From positions 18,230,001 through 18,294,000 of the forward strand of contig NC_086118.1 in the NCBI RefSeq assembly GCF_963921235.1: a stretch of DNA of 64,000 nucleotides, in the 5' to 3' direction. This document shows positions 37,008 to 50,455 of this stretch, piece by piece. The stretch's first letter is position 1. Every line of letters starts with the position of its first letter. Under the pieces are notes generated by a model. It saw only the letters and a program-made list of their open reading frames with translations. It did no database searches and was not told where the DNA came from. Made by a program: the position numbers and the translations under genes. The DNA comes from Mobula hypostoma (lineage: Eukaryota).

Positions 37008-38624
37008 ATAACGAATAAACTCTTCTCAGGCTTCCAGCTGGGTACAGATATCGATTATAACCGACGTTTTGATGACAAACTCTGCCATCTTCTTCAGGGA
37101 TGATGCTTGGGTATGTCTATTCCAGTGGTATTTATACCCCCATAATCCGTCCCTCCTGATTGGTTAGTACTCATCCAATCAGGTTTCCACTCTCCCACCT
37201 TGTTTACCGTTGAATTCCAGTTCATACTTAAAATGAGACCTTCATCTCTGTTAAAATTCTTTTCCTTTAGTTTTATTTCAATGGCTTCCTTTATCAGGAG
37301 GTTCCAAAAGCCACTGCACAGCATGGTAGTTTTATGCCATCGAAATCAATCCTTATGGCCATTGTGAATGCAATATTCTGCTACCAATCTCTCTGGGTAA
37401 CCCAAGTGGATCTCCTTGGTGTGGGTTTCCACTGTGCACCCATCTGGCCAATATCCTGTAAACTCCAACCAACCTGAGTCCCAGGTCATCTTTGACCCAC
37501 ATAAGCTGTGACTTGATCTTCCTTATGGATTTGTGGATGGTATTAACCTGGTGTTACTTCAGGATCCTGGCGATCCTTCCAGACACCTTGGAAATATGGG
37601 GAAGTCAGGCAATAGTGACAGGTTCCTCTTCGTTGTTAGGCTTCCTGGTTTTTCTGTCGGCCATTTTAAGGGCCTGATTGATTTCCTTCAACTTGTAGCC
37701 ATTCTATAGGAATGTCATGCATAATCGTCTTATTTCCACGGGGAGACTCTCCAGGTCCAAAATAGTTTTCAATGGGTTGAAGTAGAAAGAGCTATTTTAT
37801 ATTGGGAAGCATGATAGTAGCTGTTATTATTGAGGAATAAGTCAGTGTGAGGGGATTTCTAATAGAGGCAGTACCTGAGGCTACTGTCTAGTTTGCATTG
37901 TATTAGAATGTCCAGGAATGCGAGGTAACCATTCTTCCTCATCTGCACTGGAAATTGCATATTTAGATGTATACTGTTCAGATGGCTGTGGAACTATTGG
38001 AGCATTGGAGTCCATGAGGCTACACTACGAAGGTGTCATTGATGTATCTGAAGCAGCATTTGGGGTGTAAGGGCTCAGCCCTCCTCTCAAAGTCCTCCAC
38101 GTAGAAATTAGCAATAGCTGGCGACAAGGATGATCCCACGACCACTCCGTCCATTTGTTCATAGTAGTTCCCCTCATAGAGGAAGTATTCTGATGTAAGG
38201 GTGTGCTCAAAAGGGTCAATGGTACCCTTATTAAGCCTTGACTGCAGGGGGACAAAGCTGTCCTTAATGGGAACTGTCATGAACAGGGACACCGTGTTGA
38301 AGCTGACCATTATGTCCCCTGGGTTCAGCTGGATGCTGATTATAATTTTAACAAAGTTTTTCAAATTCATGACTTTGAATTAAGGACAGCTTGACCCTCC
38401 TGCAGTCAAGGTTTGATAAGGGTATCACTGACCTTTTTGAGCACATCCTTACTTCAACATACTTCCTCTATAAGGGGGTGTACTATAAAGAAATGGACAG
38501 AATGGCCTTGGAGTGACAGAGTTTCTCATCGAATCATCGGTTAGAATCAATACCTGTACCCAGCTGGAAGTCCGAGAAGAGTCTATTCGTCATATACACT
38601 GGGAAAGCACAAGATCTTTTTTCG
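37008..38624 (-). mobile_element. Poseidon-type PLE with inverted terminal repeat and an internal inversion
   Basis: RT VSFNTVSLF...GVVVGSSLSPAIANFYVE...FRYINDTF (38020-38370); EN C-terminus LIKEAIEI...NFNRDEG; terminal repeat 37010-37085 inverted at ~38515-38590; TSD ttcagga. Confidence 0.85.
37059..37101 (-). ncRNA. Hammerhead motif, second family (G12 mutated)
   Basis: cc-CTGAAGA-a-gatggca-gagtt-tgtcatc-AAAA-cgtc-gg; 7-bp stem II. Confidence 0.65.
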
Positions 38625-39647
38625 TATTCAGGACAGTTTCCTTAACCAGTACATAGAAATTCCAACTAGACAGAGTGTGAGGTGTGAGACTAGATCTGCT
38701 GTTAGCGAATGAGACAAAGTGCAGGTGACAGAGGATTCTGTAGGAAAATACTTTGCAGCTGGTGATCATAAAGCCATTAGTTCCAAGGTAATTATGGAAA
38801 AGGATAGGTCTGGTCCTTGGGTTGAGATTCTAAATTGGAAAAAGGCCAATTTTGATGATATCCGAGATGATCTGGCAAGCATGGATTGGGACAGGTTGTT
38901 TTCTGGCAAAAGTGTACTGGGTAAATGGGAGGCCTTCAAAAGTGAAATTTTCAGAGTACAGAGTTTGTATAATTCTTTCAGAATAAAAGGCAAGGATAAC
39001 AGATTTATGGAACTTTGGTCTTCAAGAGATATTGAGGCCCTAGTTATGATAAAGAAAGAGGTGCATAGCAAGTACTGGCAGGCAGGAACAAATGAAGTCC
39101 TTGAGGAGTATAAAAAATGCAAGAGAACACGAGAAGGAAATCAGAAGGGCTAAAATAAGGCATAATGTTGCTCAAGCAGACTAGACGAGGGAGAATCCTA
39201 AGAGCTTCTACAGATTCATTAAGAGCACAAGGATAGCAAGGGATGAAATTTGCCCTCTGGAAGATCAAAGTGGTAGTCCATGCATGGAGCCATAAGTGAT
39301 TGGGGAGATCTTAAATGTTTTTTTTTGCATCTGTATTTAGACAGGTGACACACACACAGAGTCTATAGATGTGAGGAAATGTAGCAGTGAGGTCATGGGC
39401 CCTATACAGATCACTGAGAAGGAGGTGCGTGCCATCTTGTAGCAAGTTAGATTGAATAAATCCCCAGGGCCTGATAAAGTGTTCCCTCAGACCCTGTGGG
39501 AAGTTAGTCCAGAAATTGCAGGGGCCTAGGAAAGATATTTAAAACACCCTTAGCTACAAATGAGGTACTGAAGGATTGTAGTATAGCTAATGTTGTTTCG
39601 TTGTTTAAGAAAGGCTCTTAGAATAAGCCAGGAAACCATAGTCTAGT

Positions 39648-41729
39648 TTACCTCACTGAGGCAAAACGTCAGCTCTCTGACACCTCCTCTTACTTACCAC
39701 TGGAACAGGACCCCACCAAAAATCATCAAACCATTGTCTCCCGTACCATCACTGTCCTTATCAACTCAGGAGACCTTCCATCCTCAGCTGCTAAACTCAT
39801 TATTCCCACACCCCGTACCGCTCGGTTTTACCTCCTCCCAAAGAAACACAAGCCTGATTGTCCCGGTAGTCCCATAGTTTCTGCCTGCTCCTGTCCCACC
39901 AAACTTGTATCTGCCTACCTGGACTCCATTTTGTCACCCATAGTTCAGTCCCTCCCCACCTACATCCGGGATACTTCCCATGCCCTCCACCTTTCCAATA
40001 ATTTCCAATTCCCTGGTCCCAACTGCTTCATTCTTACTATGGATGTCCAATCCTTATACACTTCCATTCCCCATCAAGAAGGCCTCAAAGCCCTCCGTTA
40101 CGTCCTGGAGAATAGACCTCACCAGTTCCCCACCACCACTACCCTCCTCCGGTTGGCGGAACTAGTTCTCACACTTAATAACTTCTCTTTTGGCTCTTCC
40201 CACTTTCTTCAGACTAAGGGTGTAGCTATGGGAACTTGCATGGGCCCCAGCTATGCCTGCCTCTTTGTTGGTTATGTGGAACAGTCTGTGCTCCAAACCT
40301 ATTCTGGTACTGCTCCCCAACTTTTCCTTCCGTACATTGACGACTACATTGGTGCTGCTTCCTGCACCCATGCTGAGCTCGTCAATTTCATCGACTTTAC
40401 TTCAAACTTCCACCCAGCCCTCAAATTCACTTGGTCTATCTTGGACACTTCTCTCCCCTTCCTCGATGTCTCGGTCTCCATCTCTGGAGACAGACTGTCC
40501 ACTGACATCTTCTACAAGCCCACAGACTCTCATAACTACCTCAACTATACCTCTTCCCACCCCGCCACATGTAAAAATGCCATTCCCTATTCCCAGTTCC
40601 TCCGTCTCTGCCGCATCTGCTCCGAGGATGAGGCTTTCCGTTCCAGGACATCTCAAATATCCTCTTTCTTTAAGGATCATGGTTTCCCTTCTACCGTCAT
40701 CAATGATGCCCTCACCCACATCTCCTCCATTTCCCGCACTTCAGCCCTCACCCCATTCTCCTGCAATCACAACAGGGACAGAGTTCCCCTTGTCCTTACC
40801 TACCACACCACCAGCCTCCAGATCCAGCACATTATCCTCCACAACTTCTGCCACCTTCAACAGGACCCCACCACTAAGCACATCCTTCCCTCTCCACCCC
40901 TCTCTGCTTTCCACAGGGATGGGTCCCTCCGCGACTCCCTTATTCACACGTCCATCCCCACTGATCTCCCACCTGGCACTTATCCCTGTAAGCGCAAGTG
41001 CTACACCTGTCCCTACACCTCCTCTCTTGCCACCATTCAGGGCCCCAAACAGTCCTTCCAGGTGAGGTAACACTTCACTTCTGAGTCTGTTGGGGTCATC
41101 TATTGCATCCGGTGCTCCTGGTGCGGCCTCCTCTACATCGGTGAAACCCGACGCAGATTGGGGGACTGCCTCGTCGAGCACCTCCACTCCGTCTGCCACA
41201 ACAGACAAGATCTCCCAGTAGCCACCCACTTCAACTCCGCTTCCAATCCCAGTCAGATATATCTATACATGGCCTCCTCTACTGCCATAATGAGGCTAAA
41301 CTCAGGTTGGAGGAGCAACACCTCATATACCATCTCCAGCCCATTGGTATGAACATAGAATTCTCCAACTTCCGGTAATTCCCTCCCCCTCCCTTCCTCT
41401 ATCCCTATTTCACTCTGCCCCTCCCCCAGCTGCCTATCACCTCCCTCATGATTCCGCCTCCTTCTTCTACTACCCATTGTTTTCCTGCCTATGATGTCAA
41501 TGCTTCCCCTCCCCCACCCCTTTGTCTTTCAAATTACTGGTCTTTCAACTGAACCTACAAACATTCTTCAAATCCTTCCACCTCCTTCATTCTTCAGTCC
41601 TGACGAAGGGTTCCGGCCCAAAATGTCGACTCATCGTTTCCACTGATGCTGCCCGACCTGCAGAGTTCATCCAGGGTACTGTAAGTGTTGCTTTGATCAC
41701 AGCATCTGCAGATTATTTTGTTTTGACTC
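39648..41729 (+). mobile_element. Neptune-type Penelope-like element, 5'-truncated
   Basis: 9-bp TSD tagtctagt at 39639-39647 and 41730-41738; RT, Cys-rich linker CKRKCYTCP, GIY-YIG; terminal repeat with decayed hammerhead motif 41595-41632. Confidence 0.92.
39931..41070 (+). pseudogene. PLE reverse transcriptase (open stretch; premature stop before GIY-YIG)
   Basis: TMDVQSLYTSIPH, KGVAMGT, YIDD, LPFLDV, FYKPTD; GVIYCI...LYIGET follows the stop. Confidence 0.9.
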
Positions 41730-44485
41730 TAGTCTAGTGAGCCTGGAAGTATTAATGGGAAAGTTATTGGAAAGTCCGGATATATGAGTATATATTTGAA
41801 TTGGCAGGGACTGAATAGGAATAATCAACATGGCTATACGTGTGGTAAGTTGTGTCTAACCAATCTTATAGAGTTTTACAAGGAAGTTACCAGGAAAGTT
41901 GATGAAGGCAACATAGTGGATGTTGTCTACATGGACTTTAGCAAAGCCTTTAACAAGGTGCAGCAAGTGAGATTGTTGAGGAAGGTTTAGTCGCTTAGCA
42001 TTCAATTGAGGCGGTAAATTGGATTAGACATTGGCTTTGCGAATGTCGTCAGACAGTGGTAGTAGATGGTTGCCTCTCTGACTGGAGGCCTGTGACTAAA
42101 GGTATTCCACAGGGATCGGTGCTGAGTCCATTGGTGTTTGTCATCTGTATCAGTGATCTGGATGACAATGTGGTAAACTGTATCAGCAAATTAGTGGATG
42201 ACACCAAGGTTGGAGTTGTAGTGGATAGAGAAGAAGACTATCAAAGCTTGCAGTGAGATCTGGACAGGTGTAAAAATGGGCTGGAAATGGCAGATGGAAT
42301 TTAATGCAGACAAGTGTGAAGAATTTCACTTCAGAGGACCAACCAAGGCAGGTCTTACACAGAGTGGTAGGGCACTAAGCAGTTCAGTAGAACAGAGGTT
42401 ATCTGGGAATACAGATCTATAATTCTTTGAAAGTGGCCTCACAGATAGATAAGGATGTAAAGAAAGCTTTTGGTACTTTGGCTTCATAAATCAATCTATT
42501 GAATACAGGAGTTGGGATGTTATGTTGACATTGTATAAGATTGGTGAGGCCTTATCTGGAGATTGTGTGTAGATTTGGTCACCTCCCTGCAAGAAAGATG
42601 TTAATAAGTTTGAAGGAGTGCAGAGAAAATTTACAAGAACGTTGCCAGGACTTGAGGACCTGAGTTATATGGAAAAGTTGAATAGATTCACTAGGACATA
42701 GAGGATTGAGGGAAGATTTGATAAAGGTGTACAAAATTAAGGGTATAGATAGGGTAAATGCAAGCAAGCTTCTTCTACTGAGACTGCGTAAGACTTCAAC
42801 TAGAGGTTATGGGTTAAGGGTGAAAGGTGAAATCCATTGTTTATTGACTTCAAAACATAAAAACTGACTGCAATAAAAAGACAGAAGCCCAAGAGAATGT
42901 TCCTTGTTCTTTACTTTAAGTGAGGCACACATGTATCACTTACAAGTGTCATCACATATGCAATTCACTTATTTTTACATAAAACCCATAAACAAACAAG
43001 AATGTGTAATCAAATGATATATTTACAACAAATATTACTGAACTATTAAATATACTATGCTCCTCTCTGCTTAGCTGTCAACTCTAATTCAATATACAGA
43101 GCATACTATGTAATACAACTAATAGACAGACATCCACAGCATAGTCAATTTTTAAACTGTCCTATTCAGGCCTACACATTTAATTGCTGTCATGGCTTTC
43201 TTATTCCTGTTGGATAACGTCTTTCATGACAAGGGGGATCACTCTGCTTGGGAGGTGAGACTTGTGGCTGTCAAACAATCTCAGGTTCTGAGCTCTCCAC
43301 CGTGGAGTTGTAGGAGTTGACTCTGAGATTGCAGGAAGAGGTTCTAACAAATCTGGCCACTTTTCCTCTCTGACAATTGACTTTGCTCTCAACTGATTGC
43401 TGTGTCATCTGCAGATGATATTAGATGCAATCTCTACTGTGTAGGAGAGTGGTCCATTTCTGTCCTTAATCTTTCTGAGTACCCACTTTCAATCACCTCT
43501 GTAGGTCCTCACCAGGACTGCTTGTTCGGGAGTGAAACATTGAACCTCCTTGTTGATGATCTCTCAATTTGTCTTAGCTGGTGGTGCTGAATACTCCTTC
43601 TAATATTGGGTTTGAGGGGATCCAAGTGTGAGTGGAAGGAACGAGTCAGGAACAGCATACCTGGTGAGCTGTTGTTTGTGGATTGCGCTGCATTATGATA
43701 TGCAATGTGAAAATTGGAGAGCTTCTGGTTCAGTATTAGAGTAGTGTGTTCTGTTGGCATTGCTTGCAGCATGTCCTTTAGACTCCGGACAAACCATTCC
43801 GCCAAGCCATTTATAGCTGTGTGGTACCGTGCAGATGTAATGTGTCTTATTCCACTCTTTCTCAGGAGTGACTGAAACTCTTCCACCCCAAACTGTGGTC
43901 CATTGTCACTGACCAAGTGTTCTAAAGTTTACCTCCTCTTAATTCCCACATAGGGCGACCTATGTCAAAGGCAAGTCATCTTGATGCCAGTAAAAATGGA
44001 GGATCTAGAATTCCTGTTGCATATTCTATCCATTTTAGGTAGCCTTCTAGACCTAAGACAATGTGGGGTCTTTTCTGGTTTCCCTTGGATCATCTCTGCC
44101 AAAATCGGGAGACTTTTGACGTGTGAGGGTGAATATGTCACAAACAGTGTCCACTTTTTAAGTTTTTCAGGTATTTCCTTTTCCAAGGGTAAATGGATCA
44201 AATCATCAACATTTCTGTGATAAGCTGTCCTCCTGAATTTGATTGTGTAATTATGTTCTCCAAGAAACAGAGCCCATCTCTGTACTCACGCTGCTACAGG
44301 TAGTGGAACACCCTTCTGTGGATTGAAGATGGACACAAGTGGTTGATGATCAGTAATGAGAGTAAACTCTCTCCCATTCAAATACCGGTTAAAATGTTTT
44401 ACCCCTCAAACCAGAAGCAAGACCTCTTGTCAATCTGTGTGTAATTTTTCTCTGCAGCAGTTAGGGTACATGATGCAAAGGCTAA

Positions 44486-45720
44486 TGTAAGATTTTGTGA
44501 ATAAAACATGCGAGAGTCATTTTATGTGCTTAACAGAAGCTACAGCTCTTTATTTTCATTACAAACAAACCAAAGCAGTTGCCTTATTCTGACATCACTA
44601 TGTTAGACATTGTTTCTTAAAGTGAACACAACAACTCAATGATGGTGTTTATGAATTATGTAGAACAGTTTCTATTATGAACAACATGTGTCCTCTGTCA
44701 CCCAAAACATGATCCTACACAGGCTCCCACAAAATTCACTAAAACCAGCATTGTGAGTGTGTCTGGAGTTCATGCACGCAACCCAGCTTAGCTCCTATGT
44801 GCCTTGGTTGGAGTACAGCAGGTGCTTCTAGTTCAACCAAGGGTGTGCTGACACACACGTGGTCATGTTGTGATGCAGGGGTTATGGTAGTAGAACCATC
44901 CCAGTCATAGTGGGCCTGTTTAAGGTGATCACAGAAATACATTTAGGTTTATCCTTCCTGTCTACAATAGAAGTCTTTTCATCCCGTTACAAAATGCCAA
45001 ATGAACCATCATAAGGGGGTTTAAGGAGGTGTTGATGTGCCTCATGGTGGATAAAAGCGAATGAGGTGTAATGTGGGACAACTGGAACCTGAGTGCTACA
45101 TGCCATGATAGGTTGGAATAGGTGTAAAAAAATTTAGTTTACTGAAGAGGGCAGAATGCTGCTGTGACTATGCTGACGTGGCATCGGGGATAAAATCGAC
45201 TGGAATCCATAGTGACTGTCCGTACATCAACTCAGCTGCAGAGGACTGCAGGTCCACCTTCACAGGCAGCTTTGAGTCTCAGCAGGAGATGATCACGCCA
45301 ACACCCATCCATCAGGGAGGCCATTGGACTGTGGGTGATGTAATTTAATGGCGAGGCTCTGGGTCATTGCGGCTCAGAGATTTGATGTGAGCTGGGGAAC
45401 TGGGATCAAGAGAAATATCAGATGAGGTGCTGCACTAAGCATCCCAGTGTTGATGAATGGCCAAGCCATGTCTGGCACAGTCGTCGACACTAGAGGGACA
45501 ACCTCTGGCCTCCTGGTCCACCATGGTAACAAGACATGTAAAACCGTGGGGGTTAGGGGTGGGTTGGGAGGGGGAGAGGACCATTTAGATCCATGTTGAT
45601 GTAGTCAAGCTGTCATTTAGGGACCCGAATGTGATGGTTAATTTTCTCCCACTGACACACATCACAAGCAGAGCTCCATTCCTGCATGTCCTTCCAAAGG
45701 CAGAGCCACACCGACTTTAA
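44486..45720 (-). mobile_element. Fragment of another Gypsy element (LTR-like ~44486-44686 plus IN/RT remnants)
   Basis: Abrupt tgtaa start interrupting RNase H; minus-strand PYDGSF (GPY/F-like) near 45010. Confidence 0.6.
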
Positions 45721-45957
45721 AGCAATTTTGTGGAACAATTGAAACTGCTGAGCCAATGTCTAATTCCATTTTAATTAATTTGCCATTCACTTCACTTGCC
45801 ATATTAATTGTCTATTGTTTTCACACTGTAAATCTCATCACTCTCACCATTATCATATTTTTCATCCACAGCAAGCGACTGCCACTTTTGAAACTGCCAC
45901 TTGACTGTTTATCATTTCTCAGTTCTGTGGAGTCCATTTATTTTTGTCTACCTGTCA

Positions 45958-47742
45958 TGTCCAGTCCCTATATACTTCCATCCCCCATCAGGAAGGTCTC
46001 AAAGCTCTACGCTTCTTTTTGGATTCCAGACCTAATCAGTTCCCCTCTACCACCACTCTGCTCCGTCTAGCGGAATTAGTCCTTACTCTTAATAATTTCT
46101 CCTTTGGCTCCTCCCACTTCCTCCAAACTAAAGGTGTAGCTATGGGCACCCGTATGGGTCCCAGCTATGCCTGCCTTTTTGTTGGGTTTGTGGAACAATC
46201 TATGTTCCGTGCCTATTCTGGTATCTGTCCCCCACTTTTCCTTCGCTACATCGATGACTGCATTGGCGCTGCTTCCTGCACGCATGCAGAGCTCGTTGAC
46301 TTTATTAACTTTGCCTCCAACTTTCACCCTGCCCTCAAGTTTACCTGGTCCATTTCCGACACCTCCCTCCCCTTTCTAGATCTTTCTGTCTCTGTCTCTG
46401 GAGACAGCTTATCCACTGATGTCTACTATAAGCCTACTGACTCTCACAGCTATCTGGACTATTCCTCTTAGCACCCTGTCTCTTGCAAAAACATCATCCC
46501 CTTCTCGCAATTCCTCCGTCTCTGCCGCATCTGCTCTCAGGATGAGGCTTTTCATTCTAGGACGAGGGAGATGTCTTCCTTTTTTAAAGAAAGGGGCTTC
46601 CCTTCCTCCACTATCAACTCTGCTCTTAAACGCATCTCCCCCATTTCACGTACATCTGCTCTCACTCCATCCTCCCACCACCCCACTAGGAATAGGGTTC
46701 CTCTGGTCCTCACCTACCACTCCACTAGCCTCCGGGTCCAACATATTATTCTCCGTAACTTCCGCATTCTCCAACAGGATCCCACCACTAAGCACATCTT
46801 TCCCTCCACCCCCCCCCCCTGCATTCCGCAGGGATCGCTCCCTACGCAACTCCCTTGTCCATTCGTCCCCCCCATCCCTCCCCACTGATCTCCCTCCTGG
46901 CACTTATCCGTGTAAGCGGAACAAGTGCTACACATGCCCTTACACTTCCTCCCTTACCACCATTCAGGGCCCCAAACAGTCCTTCCAGGTGATGCAACAC
47001 TTCACCTGTGAGTCGTCTGGGGTGATATACTGCGTCCAGTGCTCCCGATGTGGCCTTTTATATATTGGCGAGACCCGACGCAGACTGGGAGACCGCTTTG
47101 CTGAACATCTACACTCTGTCTGCCAGAGAAAGCAGGATCTCCCAGTGGCCACACGTTTTAATTCCACATCCCATTCCCATTCTGACATGTCTATCCACAG
47201 CTTCCTCTACTGTAAAGATGAAGCCACACTCAGATTGGAGGAACAACACCTTATATTCCGTCTGGGTAGCCTCCAACCTGATGGCATGAACATCGACTTC
47301 TCTAACTTCCGCTAATGGCCCACCTCCCCCTCGTACCCCATCTGTTACTTATTTTTATACACACATTCTTTCTCTCACTCTCCTTTTTCTCCCTCTGTCC
47401 CTCTGAATATACCCTTTGCCCATCCTCTGGGTCCCGCCCCCCCTTGTCTTTCTTCCCGGACCTCCTGTCCCATGATCCTCTCGTATCCCTTTTGCCTATC
47501 ACCTGCCCAGCTCTTGGCTCCATCCCTCCGCCTCCTGTCTTCTCCTATCATTTTGGATCTCCCCCTCCCCCTCCAACTTTCAAATCCCTTACTCACTCTT
47601 CCTTCAGTTAGTCCTGACGAAGGGTCTCGGCCTGAAGCGTCGACTGCACCTCTTCCTAGAGATGCTGCCTGGCCTGCTGCCTTCACCAGCAACTTTTATG
47701 AGTGTTGCTTGAATTTACAGCATCTGCAGAATTTTTGTTGTT
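45958..47742 (+). mobile_element. Neptune-type PLE, 5'-truncated, inserted in the Gypsy gag zinc knuckle
   Basis: RT QSLYTSIPH...RYIDD (45944-46471); CKRNKCYTCP linker; GVIYCVQC...LYIGET...EEQHLIFRLG; terminal repeat ending gttgttt. Confidence 0.92.
47609..47646 (+). ncRNA. Minimal hammerhead motif in the PLE terminal repeat (A15.1 to G)
   Basis: tagtc-CTGACGA-agggtctcggcct-GAAG-cgtc-gactg; stem I tagtc/gactg. Confidence 0.7.
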
Positions 47743-47852
47743 TGTTGCATTTTCTGCAAGTTTTGTCTTTAAATCTGCATTGATCTGGTGTACTTGAGCC
47801 CCTATCACAATGGTAACACAATTTGTTTGGCCAGGCAGGCCTAATTCTAAAT

Positions 47853-47932
47853 CAAGGGTTCCCAAGCTTTTTTTTACCATGGTCCCCTACCATTAACTGA
47901 GGGGTCTGTGGACACCAGGTTGGGAACCCCTG
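47853..47932. mobile_element. 80-bp hAT MITE
   Basis: TIR caagggttcccaa / ttgggaacccctg; 8-bp TSD ttctaaat / atctaaat. Confidence 0.85.
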
Positions 47933-49339
47933 ATCTAAATGATGCAATTTTGTTCACGTTCACTTTCATTCCTGACTATAAGTCAATTGCATCTCTGTCT
48001 GCTCTTTCCATTGATACAGCTATTTCAACTGCACTTTTAAATGTAAATTGTGCTTCAGTTAGGAGCCATTTTTTGACTGCTTTTTGGAAGATTTCACAAA
48101 CTAAACAGTCTCTCTATGTATCATTAAGCCCAATACTGAAATGACAACGCTCAGGCAGTTTCTTCAATTAGGTCACTTATGCTAAATGCACTCTCCTTCC
48201 TTTTGATTCTGTTTATGAAATCTAAAGTGTTCTGTAATAAACGATGGTAACTGTTCTAAATATTCCCACATTATTTTTCATGATGTCAGCAAAGCTCATT
48301 TTGCTAGGCTTCGTTGGAGCAGTTACATTTCTAAGCAATCTGTACGACTTTAAACTCAATGCACTCAGCAAAGTTGGCACTCACTTCTCATCAGATATTC
48401 CATTTGCTGTAAAATACTGCTCAGTGTACATGAGGCAGTTATCCAGTGTTCAGTCAAACAGGGCAATCTTTCCGATGTAGCCAGCAATTTCTGCTCTTTT
48501 TTATGATTACTATCACCCAGTACTCACTGCTTATAAATCTGTGAGTTCTTCCATTATCTGTCTTTACTTTAACTTGATTATCTTTCGTCTTGCGAAGAAA
48601 ATATGCTGCTCTGAAGAAAATAAAAGAGTTATGCTGCTTTTCTTTTTACTCAACCGTTTTGCTGTGCATTTTTAAAACAACTCAAACACTGCACTTCAAC
48701 AGGTAAATAGATGTCTCGGGTTTGTTTTAAAAATATTTTGTCACCACTGTTACGTTTTGTAACTTCAAAACCTAAAAACCAATTGCAATAAAAAGATGGG
48801 AGCCCTAGAGGATGGGCGTTAGTTCAAAGCAGCACGAGATATGCAATTCACTTATATTTACATAAACCCATAGTGAATTATTTAAATGAACAAGAATGCT
48901 TGATCAAACAATATGTTTACAAAGTTACACAAATACTACTGAAATATTAAATACACAACAAAATCTTTAAGTGGAACGTATTGGTGAATTTCTCCACTCA
49001 GAGTCTGGTGAGAGTGTGGAACAAGCTGCCAGAGCAAGTAGTGAATGTGGGGATGATGTCAATATTTGGATGAAATTTGGATAGGTATATATGGATGAGA
49101 GGAGTATGGGTGCAGGTCAATAAGACTAGGAAGATTAAGGGTTCAGCATAGACTAGATGGGATGAAAGGCCCATTTCTGTGCTGTAGTGTTCTATGACTC
49201 TATGACAAAATGTAACACATTCACAACCATGCAGTTTTCTCCTCAAGTATTGCATTTCTTTCTTGTCCCACCAAAGACCATTACTTATCAGTGATTGAGA
49301 CTTCAGTTAGACTTCCACCCAAATGCCATCAAACTCACA

Positions 49340-49542
49340 AGTCAGAAGACCAGCCTTCTCCTTCCCACCCTCCCCCCACCTTCTTTACAGGGCCTCTGCC
49401 CCCTCCCTCTTCAGTCCTGACGAAGGGTTCCGGCCCGAAAAGTTGACTGATTGTTTCCATGGATGCCGCCCGATCTGCTGAGTTCCTCCAGCGTGTTGTG
49501 AGTGTTTGCTTTGACCCCAGCATCTGCAGATTATTTTGTGTT
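49340..49542 (+). mobile_element. PLE terminal-repeat fragment with hammerhead motif (49412-49449)
   Basis: cagtc-CTGACGA-agggttccggccc-GAAA-ag-tt-gactg; perfect 5-bp stem I; matches 41595-41725. Confidence 0.8.
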
Positions 49543-50134
49543 CAGAAGTCAGAAGTGTGCTGAGTAATAGATAGCATCGATGCCATCACTATGTTTTACT
49601 GCAGGAAGTTGCATTGTGGTTAGCTGTAACATCTGATCTTGTTTGGATCTCCCAAGCATCTCCTCAATTCCACACCAGGTCAGACCAGAACTGCAGATCC
49701 ATTTGAGATCAATGCAGGTTTCAGGACTGTGGATGTAGTTGGGAACGGGGGATGTTATATATTTGTCTTACTGATTTTAATTATGTCCCATCAGCATTTC
49801 TGTTAAGATGATTAATAAGTTTTAGTTTTTATATCTTTCTTTGAAACTTAATAATTTCTAGATGTCTCTTAATATCAGCTTTGATAGAAGGTAGTTCCCA
49901 GCTGTGACGAAAGGATACAAGGGTTAAGAGGGGGCCTCCTTAGATAATAAGTTGAGGTGAGCAAGGACTTGCAAAATCATCTGTCCCGGCAAGGTAATGG
50001 ACTGAAAAATTCAACTGCAGCAGAAGTGTGATGTTCTTCTCTTGGATCCAAGATTGTAACTGATTTAGTAAACTCATCAGGTAACAGTGAAAAATTTACG
50101 GATATCCTGATCTGCGCTTTTAATAGAAAAATAA

Positions 50135-50455
50135 ATATTAGCTTTATTTGTCACATGTGCATCGAAACATACAGGGAAATGCATCACTTACCTCAAATCA
50201 AATCAGCAGGACTATGATAGGGAACCCCCCCCCCCTGCACCCCCACCGCAAGTGCTGCCATGCTTCTGGTGCCAATATTAGCAACTTACTAACCCATTGG
50301 AATGTGGAAGGAAGCCAAAGCACCCGGAGGAATCCCATGCAGTCAAGGAGCGAAACAAACCACAAACTATAGACAGTAGTGGGCATTGAACTCCTCTCTT
50401 TCAGCTAACTGCTTTAAAGCATTGTGCTTACTGCTAGGCTACTATGCTGCCCTAT
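50135..50455 (-). mobile_element. tRNA-derived SINE, decayed
   Basis: ggaatgtggaaggaagccaaagcacccggagga core; head gggcagcatagtagcctagcagtaag on the minus strand. Confidence 0.6.

Larger units (their letters stand above)
42835..48960 (-). mobile_element. Gypsy LTR element with short LTRs, decayed
   Basis: LTRs ~42835-43058 and 48748-48960; TSD AAATC at 42830-42834 and 48961-48965; gag (EQYFTANG...FRFHKQNQKEGE), protease ELDIGSAVS, RNase [11 protein letters not shown], integrase SDNGPQF...NGLAE (43509-43916). Confidence 0.85.
36570..49205 (+). mobile_element. CR1 LINE split by nested insertions (own segments ~36570-37007, 38625-39647, 41730-42834, 48961-49205)
   Basis: ORF1 IVIHVGTNE; endonuclease VIGDFN; ILNWKKANF; YMDFSKAF, GIPQGSVL, KLVDDTK; 3' tail near 49150-49205. 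The frame continues across each TSD. Confidence 0.85.

Noticed and set aside
40253..41229. Long alternative-frame and antisense ORFs over PLE RT (also 31421-32029)
   Set aside because: By-products of the C-rich strand bias of the PLE.
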